The notes under the pieces are model-generated. The model did not search any database and had not been told where the DNA came from. It was given only the letters and a program-made list of their open reading frames with translations. The translations under genes and the position numbers were made by a program. From Octopus sinensis (taxonomy: Eukaryota), in assembly GCF_006345805.1 (NCBI RefSeq), contig NC_043000.1, positions 11,408,001 to 11,472,000 of the forward strand: 64,000 bases of DNA. Direction: 5' to 3'. Of this stretch, positions 50,575 to 63,430 are shown in pieces (the first letter of the stretch is position 1; each line of letters starts with the position of its first letter).

Positions 50575-51357
50575 ATATCATCATCATCATCATCATCATT
50601 TAACGTCTGTTCTCCATGCTAGCATGGGTTGGACGGTTCGACCGGGGATCTGGGAAGCCAGAAGGCTGCACCAGGCTCCAGTCTGATCTGGCAGTGTTTC
50701 TACAGCTGGATGCCCTTCCTAACGCCAACCACTCCGTGAGTGTAGTGGCTGCTTTTTACGTGCCACTGGCCCAGGGATCACAACTACAGTTTCCATTGAT
50801 TTTTGATGTTGGTGTACTTGACTCAATAGATCTCCTCAAGCACAGGGTCGAAACGGTGTTTCTTTACTTGCCACCTGCACAGGAGTCAGTCCAGCGGCAC
50901 TGGCAACTGCCGGGTGCCAGTCATAGGATTGGTTCAATTTCGATTCCGATTTCACTTGCCCCTACAGGTCTTCACAAGCAGAGTTTAGTGTCCAATGAAG
51001 GGAGGTTGGCATGGGCATCAGTCATCGGATGAGGTTCGATTTCGACTTCACTTGCCTCAACAGGTCTTCGCGTGTCCAAGTCAGGAAAGGCATGCATAAG
51101 TGGGCTGGCTACATCCCTGGCAAGGGACATGGGATGGACTCACTTGTCCTGCCGGTTCTTCTCTCGTACAGCATATTTTCAAAGGTCTCGGTCACTAGTC
51201 ATTGCCTTGGTGAGGCCTAAAGTTCGAAGGTTGTGCTTCACCACCTTGTCTCAGGTTTTCCTGGGTCTACCTCTTCCACGGGTTCCTTCAACTGTTACGG
51301 ATTGGCACTTTTTAACACACCTATCTTCATCCATTCTCGCCACATGACCATACCAGC
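50575..51357 (-). mobile_element. RTE LINE 3' fragment
   Basis: (ATC)n tail at the left, UTR modules, ORF C-terminus at 51130-51357. Confidence 0.85.
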
Positions 51358-51393
51358 GCGTGTGTGTATACAAGTACTTATATATATATATAA

Positions 51394-51429
<36 letters not shown>

Positions 51430-52336
51430 CATATATATACGGTCGGATTGGTACATTTTACGTGCCACATATATATATACACAAATTCATTTCAATCCTC
51501 AATTTACAGATATTACAATTTCATTTTATTTATTAATTATATAAATTATATAAATAGGAACATATATATATCATAAGCATATAAAAAGGGATCCGTGGGA
51601 AAACTTAATTAAAGAAAAAGGGTCCTTTGGTAGTAAAAAGGTGGGGAACCACTGGTATATATGTACATATGTTTATAAATCTCTATACATGTATGTATGT
51701 GTATATGTATGTATGTATGTGTGTGTGTACATTTGACTCAACCAAAAGGCGGTTAAAGATATTAGACGTCATATGACCTGATCCCTGATTGTGTGACCCC
51801 TAAACCACTGTTAACAACTGTACTTATTCTTAGTCAGGATTTTGTCTTTTGTCCAAATAAACGTATTTGTTTCTAAATTTTAGCCCAAGGACAGCAACTT
51901 CAGGAGAGAGATTAAGTCGATTACATTGAAACAGTGCTTGTGCTTATTTTATCGAGCTCGAAGGTGGAACTTGAACTCAGATCGTAAAGACACGAAATGC
52001 TGCTAAGCATTTTGACCGGCGTGCTAACGATTTCGCCAGCTCACTGCCTTTTTTTGTTGTTTTTTTTTGTTTTTTGTCTAAATATTCACATCAACTCAAT
52101 CTCCGCCATACTATAATGATGATTACTCTTTCTAATTGTGGCGGAAGCCGAGCAGTTTTGAGGGGAGGAGCAAGTCAGTTACAACAACTTCAGTACTTGA
52201 CTGGTACTTTATGAACCCCGAAGGGATAAATAGCAGAGTTGACCTCAACGGAATTTGAACTCAGAACACAAGGAACTCGTAGGAATACTGCTAGGTATTT
52301 TGTCCGACTCACTACCGCTTCTGTCAGCTAGCCGTC

Positions 52337-52382
<46 letters not shown>

Positions 52383-52384
<2 letters not shown>

Positions 52385-52901
52385 TCTTTTATTGGCCACA
52401 AGGGCTGACAAAAATTAATTATAACATAAAGGGACAAAATACAGGACAAAAGTTACAAAGGGTTTTGTCCGTTTGAAAGATCCGTGTAAAAAACAGTATA
52501 ACAATGAAAAAACTCCCAATAGGGGGAGGCGCTTCGAAAGGTTCCTGGTGGAAAAACCCATAAAAGCCACGGGAGCCTGGTCAAAAGTGGGGTAGAGAGC
52601 CCCTTTCTCCTTTTATACCCTTTTTATACTACAGGTGTATCCTCAGAATTGGTCCGTTTATACTGGCCATTCTTGCGACATTTACCCACCTTTCAGTAAA
52701 CTTGCTACCAGATAGCACTTCCCTCTCTACTCTCATCTTCCTTTTCAAGTGAAACTTGAAAAAGTTGATGAGGCCTGGGCCAAAGAGGAAAGTGTCTGAC
52801 CTTAGCCCTTTCAAACATGTTTACCATACCACCTCTTTTGCTACAGCCACTAGGCAAAGGAAAGCTGCCTTGCCCTCCCGGTTAAAGGAGGTCGGTGGGG
52901 C
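52383..52901 (-). mobile_element. Tx1/L1-clade LINE 3' end inside an (AAT)n microsatellite
   Basis: FLCLVAVAKEVVW…FFKFHLKRKMRVEREVLS…KFTERWV; 3' end …gccaataaaagaattt; (AAT)n on both sides. Confidence 0.7.
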
Positions 52902-52928
52902 TAATAATAATAATAATAATATTTTATG

Positions 52929-53538
52929 AAATGATATTTCAACAGTATGTCTGTCTTTGTCAAGTTCAAAATAAGAAGTGATGAAAATTCAGAAACTTAA
53001 ACGTAAAGTACGAACGAGAGCAAGTGGCGTCCACACATTGATGGAATGACATCATCAGTTTTTAAGTCTTTAACAGACGAAAAGAAAGAAAAAAATAGAA
53101 AAAAGAAGACGACAGAAAAATGGGAGAGAAAGAAGAATATTTAATCAAACAGCTTTGTATAAATTTGATGATTTTCTCCTGCCATCTTATTCATTCCTCC
53201 AGGAATTTACTTCGCTTTCACTTCAAAGAATGTATGAGGAGAAATATGTTTGCAGGTCATTAACATCACGCCCTGGAGGGATGAATAAGATGACAGGAGA
53301 ATATCATCAAATTTATACAAAGCTGTTTGATTAAATATTCTTCTTTCTCTTCCCTTTTTTTTCTGTCGTCTTCTTTTTTCTTTCTTTTCGTCTGTTAAAG
53401 ACTTAAAAACTGATGATGTCATTCCATCAATGTGTGGATGCCGGTTGCTCTCGTTCATACTTTACGTTTAAGTTTCTGAATTTTTATCACTTCTTATTTT
53501 GAACTTGACAAAGACAGACATACTGTTGAAATATCGTT
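52929..53538. repeat. Long inverted repeat (~270-bp arms, 68-bp spacer)
   Basis: 52929-53203 is the near-perfect reverse complement of 53272-53538. Confidence 0.9.
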
Positions 53539-53619
53539 CAATAAAATACTTACAATCGAATTGCGCTCTTCATCTTGACTGTTTACCTTTGTGAAGAGTT
53601 ACGTCAATCCTTTTTTAAA

Positions 53620-53651
<32 letters not shown>

Positions 53652-53821
53652 GCACAGGAGTGATTGTGTGGTAAGTAGCTTGTTTACCAACCACATGGTT
53701 CCGGGTTCAGTCCTACTGCGTGACACCTTGGGCAAGTGTCTTCTACTATAGCCTCGGGCCGACCAAAGCCTTATGAGTGGATTTGGTAGACGGAAACTGA
53801 AAGAAGCCCGTCGTATATACG

Positions 53822-53852
<31 letters not shown>

Positions 53853-55204
53853 ATTTGTTTGTGTGTCTGTGTTTGTCCCCCTAGCATTGCTTGACAACTG
53901 ATGCTGGTGTGTTTATGTCCCCGTTACTTAGCGGTTCGGCAAAAGAGACTGATAGAATAAGTACTGGGCTTACAAAAGAATAAATCCCAGGGTCGAGTTG
54001 CTTGATTAAAGGCGGTGCTCCAGCATGGCCGCAGTCAAATGAGTGAAACAAGTAAAAGAGAGAGAGTAAAGAGTAATAATAATAATAATAATAATAATAA
54101 TTTCTCCTCCTCCCACTTTCCAAAGCTTCTCTTTTTCCTGTTTTCATCCGTGACAAAATGACCTGTTAGAAATAGCAGCTAAGTCTTCCTCAAATCTTCA
54201 ACGAAGGGCACGTTGAATGTTCTACTCCTTGATATATAAAAACCACGTGATGGTGGTTCTGTCTCTTGGATCCGAACTAATCCGAGACCAAATAACAACA
54301 ACAATCATATTGATGGCTGTATAAAAATAGGATCACATGCGGTCGCATCGTATAGAATATACCATCGCACGCGATCCCATTCTTAATAATTTATTTACTG
54401 ACTATATAATACATGCAGCGGCAATACACATAAGTTTGGAATGACAACAAGATTTCTTTTTAAAATATATACATTATTTATTTTACATATTTTACAATCA
54501 TGCTTGATGTTGGGAGTTTGTAAGTGTTAGCATGTTTTTGTGTCTGTGTGTTCGTTAGGTGTAAAAAGGTACTGACCAGTGAAATGACGATGGAATTTGA
54601 TTCACAGTTCATGTTGTTGGTATCGGCCTGGCAACAGGTAATAACAGATGGCTTAAGGTAGTTCTTAGAAGAAACTAGAACCCAAGAACAGATAATTGAT
54701 TTACCGTTTATGAGGTACAGCATAAGAGTTCCATGTCAAGATATTGCGTATCGCAGTTGAGATTAATTGAATCACTCGTGTTTATCTTTCTCTTGATATG
54801 AACATACTTCCAGATATGTTACTGTAGCCGTTTTTTCCGTGGCGAGAATTTCACCTAACCGCTATAGCTGAATCTGTAGTCGTCTTGTGTACAAATTAAA
54901 TCTTCGATGTTTGGCGCTTGGTTTTCGCTGCGTCTTCATCATATGTTCTGCTTGGTTATTTTTCTCTAGTTATAGATATCCTGTAACCGTTCTTCATGGT
55001 GATATTTCACACTAACAGTATAAGAGGTATCTGTAACATCTTGTATTAATGGTGGTCGCCTGCCTTTCGAAACTGGAACTTGGTCGAGTATGCTCTGTGT
55101 GGTCAGAGACTTAGCTCTTAAAAGAACTAAAAGCCTAAGACGGATATTTGTCTGAGAAACCTTATTTTATAAGGTTTACATGGCTCCCAATGAACTTCAG
55201 AAAT

Positions 55205-55320
55205 GGAAAGCTGTGATTGGCTGCTTGGAACTATGGCGCGAAAATAAACGGAGGCAAATCGCGCCAAGTGATAACCAGCGGTGCGAACGTAGTAGAGACC
55301 AACGTGTCAGCCAATCGAAT
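55205..55320. promoter_or_regulatory. Possible promoter (two CCAAT boxes and E2F-like sites in a CpG-retaining stretch)
   Basis: ATTGG 55216-55220, TGGCGCGAAA 55234-55243, TCGCGCCA ~55259-55266, CCAAT 55311-55315. Motif matches only. Confidence 0.35.
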
Positions 55321-55791
55321 TAGTGTTTACAACAATGTTGAACTAGCCGAAGATGTTTGTAATCTCGACCGAGGTTATTCTTAATACTCTTCTCAAACAG
55401 TGAAGATAGCAATGAGAGACGATATTGCTACAGCTGCAAGAGTAGTTGAGCGTCGCACTTGGTAGTTTTATTTCTCCTCTTTTTGACGTTGACCTATGAT
55501 CAAAAGTATTCTAAAATACAATATTATATGATGTAGTCGTTTTTAATTAATCGTTTATTTTTTTTAAGGTGCTGCGGTGTGATTTAACATAAGTTTGATT
55601 GCTATTTCTAACAAGTTGAGTGGCTGGGTAGGTGGAGTGGCAAGGCCCTGTTGATTGGTACGTCATCATCATTTAAAATTCCTTTTCCATGTTGGTATGG
55701 GTTGGGCGTTTCAACAGCAGCTAGCAAGCTGGAGGGCTACACCAGGCCAATGCCCTTTCTAATGCCAACCACTATACAGTGTACTGAGTGC

Positions 55792-56390
55792 AAGGCGGTG
55801 CGCTGGCAGAAACATTAGCATGCTGGGCGAAATGCTTAGCGGTATTCTGTCTGACCTTACATTCTGGGCTCAAATTCCGCCGAGGTCAACTTTGCCTTTC
55901 ATCCTTTCGGGGTCGATAAATTAAGTACCAGTTACGCACTGGGGTCGATGTAATCAACTTAATCCGTTTGTCTGTCCTTGTTTGTCCTCTCTGTGTTTAG
56001 CCCCTTGTGGGTAGAAAAGAAATAGGTATTTCGTCTGCCGTTACGTTCTGGGTTCAAATTCCGCCGAGGTCAACTTTGCCTTTCATCCTTTTGGGGTCGA
56101 TAAATTAAGTACCAGTTATGCACTGGGGTCGATGTAATCAACTTAATCCCTTTGTCTGTCCTTGTTTGTCCCCTCTGTGTTTAGCCCCTTGTGGGTAGAA
56201 AAGAAATAGGTATTTCGTCTGCCGTTACGTTCTGGGTTCAAATTCCACCGAGGTCGACTTTGCCTTTCATCCTTTTGGGGTCGATAAATTAAGTACCAGT
56301 TACGCACTGGGGTCGATGTAATCAACTTAATCCCTTTGTCTGTCCTTGTTTGTCCCCTCTGTGTTTAGCCCCTTGTGGGTAGTAAAGAAA
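55792..56390 (+). mobile_element. tRNA-derived SINE (family C), internal trimer
   Basis: Head aaggcggtgcgctggcagaaac followed by three ~185-bp units. Degenerate minus-strand copies at ~51870-52335 and 63700-63935. Confidence 0.85.
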
Positions 56391-56659
56391 TATATATTGC
56401 CTTTGTTTCAATAAATTTTGGAAACAATAAAGAATTTAGGGAAAAGACCTTGTCATGGCTAAGCTAGTGTTTGAAACACAAGTTTATTTGAAGTTTTGAT
56501 GGAAAGTTTTTACTTTAGATTTCTTTAAAACAAGGAATTTGTACAATTGAAGCAAAGGCAGTATTGAGTAGGTTTATATAAAAATGGTTAAACCTGGCAG
56601 ATGTTACTATTTTTTATTAAAAACAAAAGGTATATGTGTTTATTTTTTGTCTTTTGCAG

Positions 56660-56889
56660 ATATGGAAACCACAAAAGATTCTGGATCTAACGCAGCAGGA
56701 ACCAGCATGCCCAACTATGCGATAATCATCCTTGCCATAATCAGTGCTTTGCAGCCATTCTTTTTAGAATCTTCTATGTCAATTGAATCAAAATTCACAT
56801 TCTTGCGTAGAGAAAAATATAGAATTACCAACAAAAACAAAGCTGATAAATATGTACAGGTGTTGCAAATGAAGTTTAATTACCAATAG
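56660..56889 (+). CDS. Candidate terminal coding exon with a hydrophobic (TM or GPI-signal-like) segment
   Basis: Acceptor ttttttgtcttttgcag followed by (D)METTKDSGSNAAGTSMPNYAIIILAIISALQPFF…; the frame stays open to TAG at 56887-56889. Upstream exons were not identified. Confidence 0.45.
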
Positions 56890-58226
56890 ACACCGGCCAT
56901 GGCTTCAATCTCATAAGGAACATTTAAACAAGTTGTCATTTTGATTTTCACTTTTCTCCATGCATACAACACTGTATCACACATCCTAGAAGAAAGATCA
57001 ACCTCCACGCTGTTTCTATTTACTCATTTCATTATCAGTTCGTGTACTTCCTATGATATGTTATCTTCTCTTACTTGTCATGCTTGAAGAATAAAATCAA
57101 TTGCAGTCCTGTTTGTTTGTTTTAGTTTTTTTGTTGAAGCATAGGGCGTAGGAGTGGCTGTGTGGTAAGTAGCTTGCTTACAAACCACATGGTTCTGGGT
57201 TCAGTCCCACTGTGTGGCACCTTGGGCAAGTGTCTTCTACTATAGCCTCGGGCTGACCAAAGCTTTGTGAGTGGATTTGGTAGACGGAAACTGAAAGAAA
57301 CCCGTCGTATATATGTATATATATGTTTGTGTGTCTGTGTTTGACAACCGATGCTGGTGCGTTTACGTCCCCATAACTTAGCGGATCGGCTAAAGAGATC
57401 GATAGAATAAGTACTAGGCTTACAAAGAATAAGTCCGGGGGTCGATTTGCTCGACTAAAGGCAGTGCTCCAGAATGGCCACAGTCAAATGACTGAAACAA
57501 GTAAAAGACTAAAAGCCTGGTACTTGTTCTATTGATCTCTTTTGATGAACTGCTAAGTTATGGGCACCAACACCAGTTGTCAAACAGTGAGGAGAGAGGA
57601 CAGAGACAACCCCTCCCCCCACATCTTTGATTATAATTTTATTATGGATTCCTGCTAACGCATGCACCATGACACATACTAACCGTCTAGAGGCAGTACC
57701 TGTGGCACATCTACACATGAATGCCCCGAAGACTTTCTTTCCTCGTAACTTTCAAAAGAATCGATATTTTTAAATGAAATGTTCTATAAATACACTTGAG
57801 ACAGTGTAGATTCCGTTTCTATTAGAATTTGAGAGGACAAAATTTTCTGCCAAAAAATGTCATTTGTATTAATATATATGTGTTTTATACAACCAATTTT
57901 TATTTTCATATTAAATTCCAAAATAATCACAATTTACTCACTCTGGAAGGCATTTGTCGAAATTTTCATTTTTCTCAAAGATATGAGGAAACAAATTTGG
58001 CGGGGCACGTTTGTGTATGTATGCTCATTGCAAACAAGATTCCTTACATTGGGATCAGCCATCTGACATTAATTTTATATGTTGCGGTCGAAATAGAGAA
58101 GAAGCAAATGTTTAGACAGACGAGTTTTTTTCTCAGACAAAAAAATGTTTTATTTAACAACGATGGAAAGAATAACTAAATTACAGAGAAAAAAAAGTAC
58201 AGAAGTAAAGAAACAGCAAAGAATAA

Positions 58227-58613
58227 TCTCTCTCTATATAAACGGAAGTTTGTCTGTGCGTGTTTCTGTGTGTCTGTTTGCTTGTACCCTCACTCTGACC
58301 ACGGCTTTCAACCGATTCTGATGAAACTTGACACACACATAGCCCAATGTCATAATTCAAAACTAACGCAGCGAAAATTTTTAAAAGTTCCCCCAGTTCT
58401 GAAAAAAATCGATAAATTCGACATGGGGTCGAGAATCAAAAAAAATAAACCACAGACTGTCTAGGGGACGCAACTCAACCTTTTTTTACTCTCAAAAAAA
58501 AATTTACCATAATTTTTTTCTATTTTTTTGCTATTTTTTGGCTATAAACTCTCTAAAAATGCTTTATAGTTATTTCCCTTACAAACCTGAGCAACGCCGG
58601 GCGATACTGCTAG
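58227..58613 (+). mobile_element. Non-autonomous Helitron
   Basis: A|TC…GCGATACTGCTAG|T, near-identical to 22982-23362. Confidence 0.85.
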
Positions 58614-58779
58614 TCAGTCTTTAAATATTACATTCGGAAAGTAAATATGTGAGCCTGTAATTAATTTCCCAACAAGAGTTTGTCGTGAAGAGTCACCATA
58701 CAGTTTTGTTAATAAGTTTAAATGATGTGACTAATGAGATGTCAACTCATTGTTTCTCTTACATTTTATTATCGTTGGA

Positions 58780-58813
58780 TGTGTGTATGTATGTATGTGT
58801 GTGTGTGTATGTA

Positions 58814-58844
<31 letters not shown>

Positions 58845-58964
58845 GTATGTATGTCTGTATGTAAGTTTGTATGTATGTATGTGTGCATGCATGCATATAT
58901 GTATATATATATATGTATGTATGCATACATGCATGCATTCATGTATTATGTATATCTATCTATC

Positions 58965-59032
<68 letters not shown>

Positions 59033-60715
59033 TGTATGTATATATATATGTATGTATATATGTATGTGTGTGTATGTATATGTTTGTATGTATGTATGTA
59101 TGTTGTGTGTATGCATGTATGTGTGTATGTATTATATATGTATGTATGTCTGTGTATGTATGTATGTATGTATGTCTATGTATGTATGTGCAGATTTGTA
59201 TGTTTAATGTATGCATTCCCATGCATATAGTCACATATCTAGACATGCTCATATATATTTAAATGATAAACTTCTGGAAAGTTTTACAGATTTTTCCTGT
59301 TCCACTGATGGATTGGATCTGTAGTTTTCGAATTAGCTTTCTCCCTTCTGGTTTTGACAAGCCTATGTATGTATGTATGTATGTATGTATGTATGTATGT
59401 ATGTATGTATGTATGTATGTATGTATGTATGTGTTTATGTATGTATGTATGTATGTGTGTATGTATGTGTTTATGTATGTATGTATGTGTGTATGTATGT
59501 GATTATGTATGTATGTATGTATGTATGTATGTATGTGTGTGTGTATGTATGGGTGGATGTAAGAATAAGCAGTTTTTCCAATAATGTTTTTCCAGTTTTT
59601 CTAATTGAATCGGACTGAGATGAGCAGAATTTCGTAAATGATGCTGTTATCTGAAAAAAAAAAAATGTAAAGAAAAATTTGTTAATGTTTTATGAAGTTC
59701 ACCCTAAATTTCTCAACGAGCATACATGCATACATACAAACATACAAACATACATATGTACGTACATACATACACACACATACATACATACACACATACA
59801 TACATACATACATACATACATACTTACATACATACACACATACATACAAACATACATACATATATACATACATACAAACATACATACATACACACATACA
59901 TACAAACATACATACATACATGCATACATACATACATACATACACAGATACATATACATACATACATACATACAAACATACATACATACATACACACATA
60001 CATACAAACATACATACATACATGCATACATACATACATACACACAGATACATACATACATACATACATACATACATACATACATACATACATACACACA
60101 GATACATATACATACATACATACATACATACATACATACATACATACATACATACATACACACAGATACATATACATACATACATACATACATACAAACA
60201 TACATACATACATACATACATACACACAGATACATATACATACATACATACATACATACATACATACACACAGATACATATACATACATACATACATACA
60301 AACATACATACATACATACATACACACATACATACATGCATACATACATACATACATACATACATACATACACACATACATACATGCATACATACATACA
60401 TACATACATACATACATACATACATACATACATACATACACACATACATACATACATACATACATACATACATACATACATACATACATACACACATACA
60501 TACATACATACATACATACATACATACACACATACATACATGCATACATACATACATACATACATACATACATACATACACACATACATACATGCATACA
60601 TACATACATACATACATACATACATACATACATACATACATACATACATACACACATACATACATACATACATACATACATACATACACACATACATACA
60701 TGCATACATGTATGC
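58780..60715. repeat. Large (TATG)n / (CATA)n microsatellite tracts
   Basis: 58780-59215 and 59365-59550 are (TATG/TA)n; 59720-60715 is ~1 kb of (CATA)n. These produce the long spurious ORFs. Confidence 0.95.
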
Positions 60716-62279
60716 ATGCAGGAAAAGTTCACTGTTATCATTTCATTGCAGGACAGTTTATTGTTATCAGTTCACTGTTTTTTCTTTTTTCAATAAGATA
60801 GTTTTTAACTATTAATGGTGAGATACTATGAATACATTTTCTTGGTAAACTTTCCTCATGGTGAACTTTCCTCGTGGTGAACTTTCCTCATGGTGAACTT
60901 TCTTCATGGTGAATTAATGGTGGTGAACTTACCTGTAATTGTGTGTGTGAATTCACATCAAAGACAATCTGCTCCTAAGAATCATATAAACCAGTACAAT
61001 CAGTAAGTAAACTAGAAACTCTGCTCTAGGGTCTTATGCTGGTGAGTAGAGTGTGACTGGTCACCCTTTCAGAGCAATAAAATACCTGCATGTTTCATCT
61101 GAGGGTGCTCTTTACTGAATGTCTAATGAAATCTGTACAAATTTTGAGACGATTTTTCGTGATATATCATCATATTCATCAGATAGTGTCCATATTCTAT
61201 GCTGACATGGGTTGGACAGTTTAACAAGCTGAAGAACAGCATTGTGCTCTTATTTCTGCTTTAACATGGTTTCTGTGTCTGGATGCTCATCCTCATGCCA
61301 ACCACTTTACAGTATGTACAGGGTGGGTTTTTTTTTCCTAGTTTCCTTTTTTGTGCCACTTGCACTAGTGAGGTAATTATGCAGCTTGTATGATTACAAA
61401 CCCCAAGGGAATCAGCTTTATGCTAGGCAATAAGGAGAAAGGTAAAGTATAGGAGAGAAAAGAGCAGAGCAGAACAGGTTTCTTGTAGAGGAGTTACATG
61501 ACTACTCACATTTTAGAAGAGAGGGTAAGAGTGATTGGATGGAGCTAGAAAGATATAAAAAAAAAATAGCGATGATGTGTCAAGGAATACCTTCAAATTG
61601 GGCAGTGGGGTCAAGGGTGAGTGGGGGAGTAGAGGATGCCTGATAGTGCAGAGTAGCAGAATAGTAATGATGATACAGTAAAGAGAGAGGTGACATGCTG
61701 TTGGGTAGGTAGTAGGTGTGGATGGGGAAGAGAGAAGCAGGCATAGTGTATGAGGAGGGTGAGATCTATGACGGTGGGAGAGGAGAAATTATTTGGTGGC
61801 AACAGTGGGGTCAGGTGATCAATGAAAGTGTGTGTGGAGATAATAGTATTAATGGATGAAGGACGGATAACAAATGAAGTGGTTCTTGGTAGTAAGAAAA
61901 GTGGTATCAAGGAAGAACCGCAGTTTGGGAGGTGATGCTTTGAGATGTCTTGAGGAAGAAGGAAATTGGGTGAAGGGCCCAGCTGTACACACACACACAT
62001 ACACACACAACTCTACCAACAGTTAGTTTCACCAAGGTGGGTAGGTTTTCTTGAGAGTAATATATTACCAGTCATCCTTGTTAAGACTGCATCTCCTCTC
62101 CAGCAACACACTTGTTTCTGCCCTCATTCCTGATCTCTCTCTCTCTCTCTCTCTCTGATGGGGTAATGTTGTATCTCTTTTCAAGCAAGGCACCTGTTTC
62201 TGTCTATCTGTCACATTCTCACCTTTCATCATCTGGCACACAATCATCTCTTCCAATACCTCTCAAAGTTACTTTGATG

Positions 62280-63430
62280 ATCCTGCTTGTGTTGGTGCCA
62301 CATAAAAAGCATCCAGCCCACACTGTAAAGTGGTTGGCATTTGGAAGTGCTTCCAGCTGTAAAAACCATGCGAAAACTGACCTTATCTGTGCTAGTACCA
62401 CGTAAAAAGCACTTAGTCCACTCTGCAGGGTGGTTGGTGCAAGGAAGGGTATCTGGCCATAAAAACTGTCAAAACAGACACTGAAGCATGGTACAACCTT
62501 CTGTCTGGCCAGCTCCTGTCAAACCATCCAAACCATGCATGGAAAGCAGGCGTTAAATGATGATGGTGACAATAATGATCTTGGTCCTTTGTTATTTCCT
62601 CTATGTGGTTCAAGGTCTAGAGATCAGCCTTCACCACTTCATTTCATGCATTCCTTGGTCTTCCCCTTGTGCAAGCTCCATCCACATTCAGTGATTGGCA
62701 CTTCATTACATAGCTGTTCTCATCCTTATGCATTATGTGTCCATACCAGTGCAGTCTTCTTTCTTGCACACTACATTCTGGTTCCTCCTACTAAGACTTT
62801 CATGCACCCTCACTTTACACATCCAATGGAGTATGCTTGCTTCGTTTCTTTCCAGTTTTCTCAAGTCCTCTGCATTCAAGATACATGTCCCACAACCATG
62901 CAGAAAGGCAGTTCTAAAAGGGAAAGATCTTTGCTGTCAGCCAGTGGTAGTAGCTCTCTGAACTTTCTCCGCCCCATCCTTATTCCAGCTACTACACTTT
63001 CAGAGCAAGCACCTCTCTTGCTAATTACACCTTCTAACAAAAGCTATCAATTATTTCTAAGTGAGCCATTCCAGTGTTTAAGAGAAACTATTTTTGTGAG
63101 CTCCAAGTATGTACTGGTCCAGTGCCTCTATCACACATGAAGCCTTGCATTTGCAGACAGTCTGCCTGTCACTCCACTACATTCTTTGTATGTCCATATC
63201 TTATACTGGATACAGTGTATGGAGTTCATACCTACTCTGTTTCTGCATACTGAACAAGACTACTTTCTAGAAGATACCAGGATCCTGTCTTGTTTCCAAC
63301 TTAGTACAAAACCTATGTCTTTGCTACATTTATCTTAAAATCCTCTCAGTTCTCGCTTCCATACCAGGAATTTCTTCTCTAATTCTTCTGTAGATCTAAC
63401 TTTGAATTCTCGAACATCAGCATGCAACTA
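62280..63430. mobile_element. Old degenerate RTE LINE pieces
   Basis: Plus-strand 3'UTR and tail at 62280-62580; minus-strand RT C-terminal remnant at ~62620-63430 resembling 43.0-43.83 kb. Confidence 0.6.

Noticed and set aside
55370-55430. RRYCYSCKSS as a Ly6/three-finger N-terminus for the GPI-like exon
   Set aside because: No in-frame start, an immediate stop, and only a weak donor.
58734-60815. ORFs of 300-380 aa (HTYI/MYVC repeats)
   Set aside because: Translations of (CATA)n/(TATG)n microsatellites, which lack stop codons.
61440-62010. 131-aa minus-strand ORF in a purine-skewed stretch
   Set aside because: Low-complexity composition and no motif; probably an ancient repeat I cannot classify.
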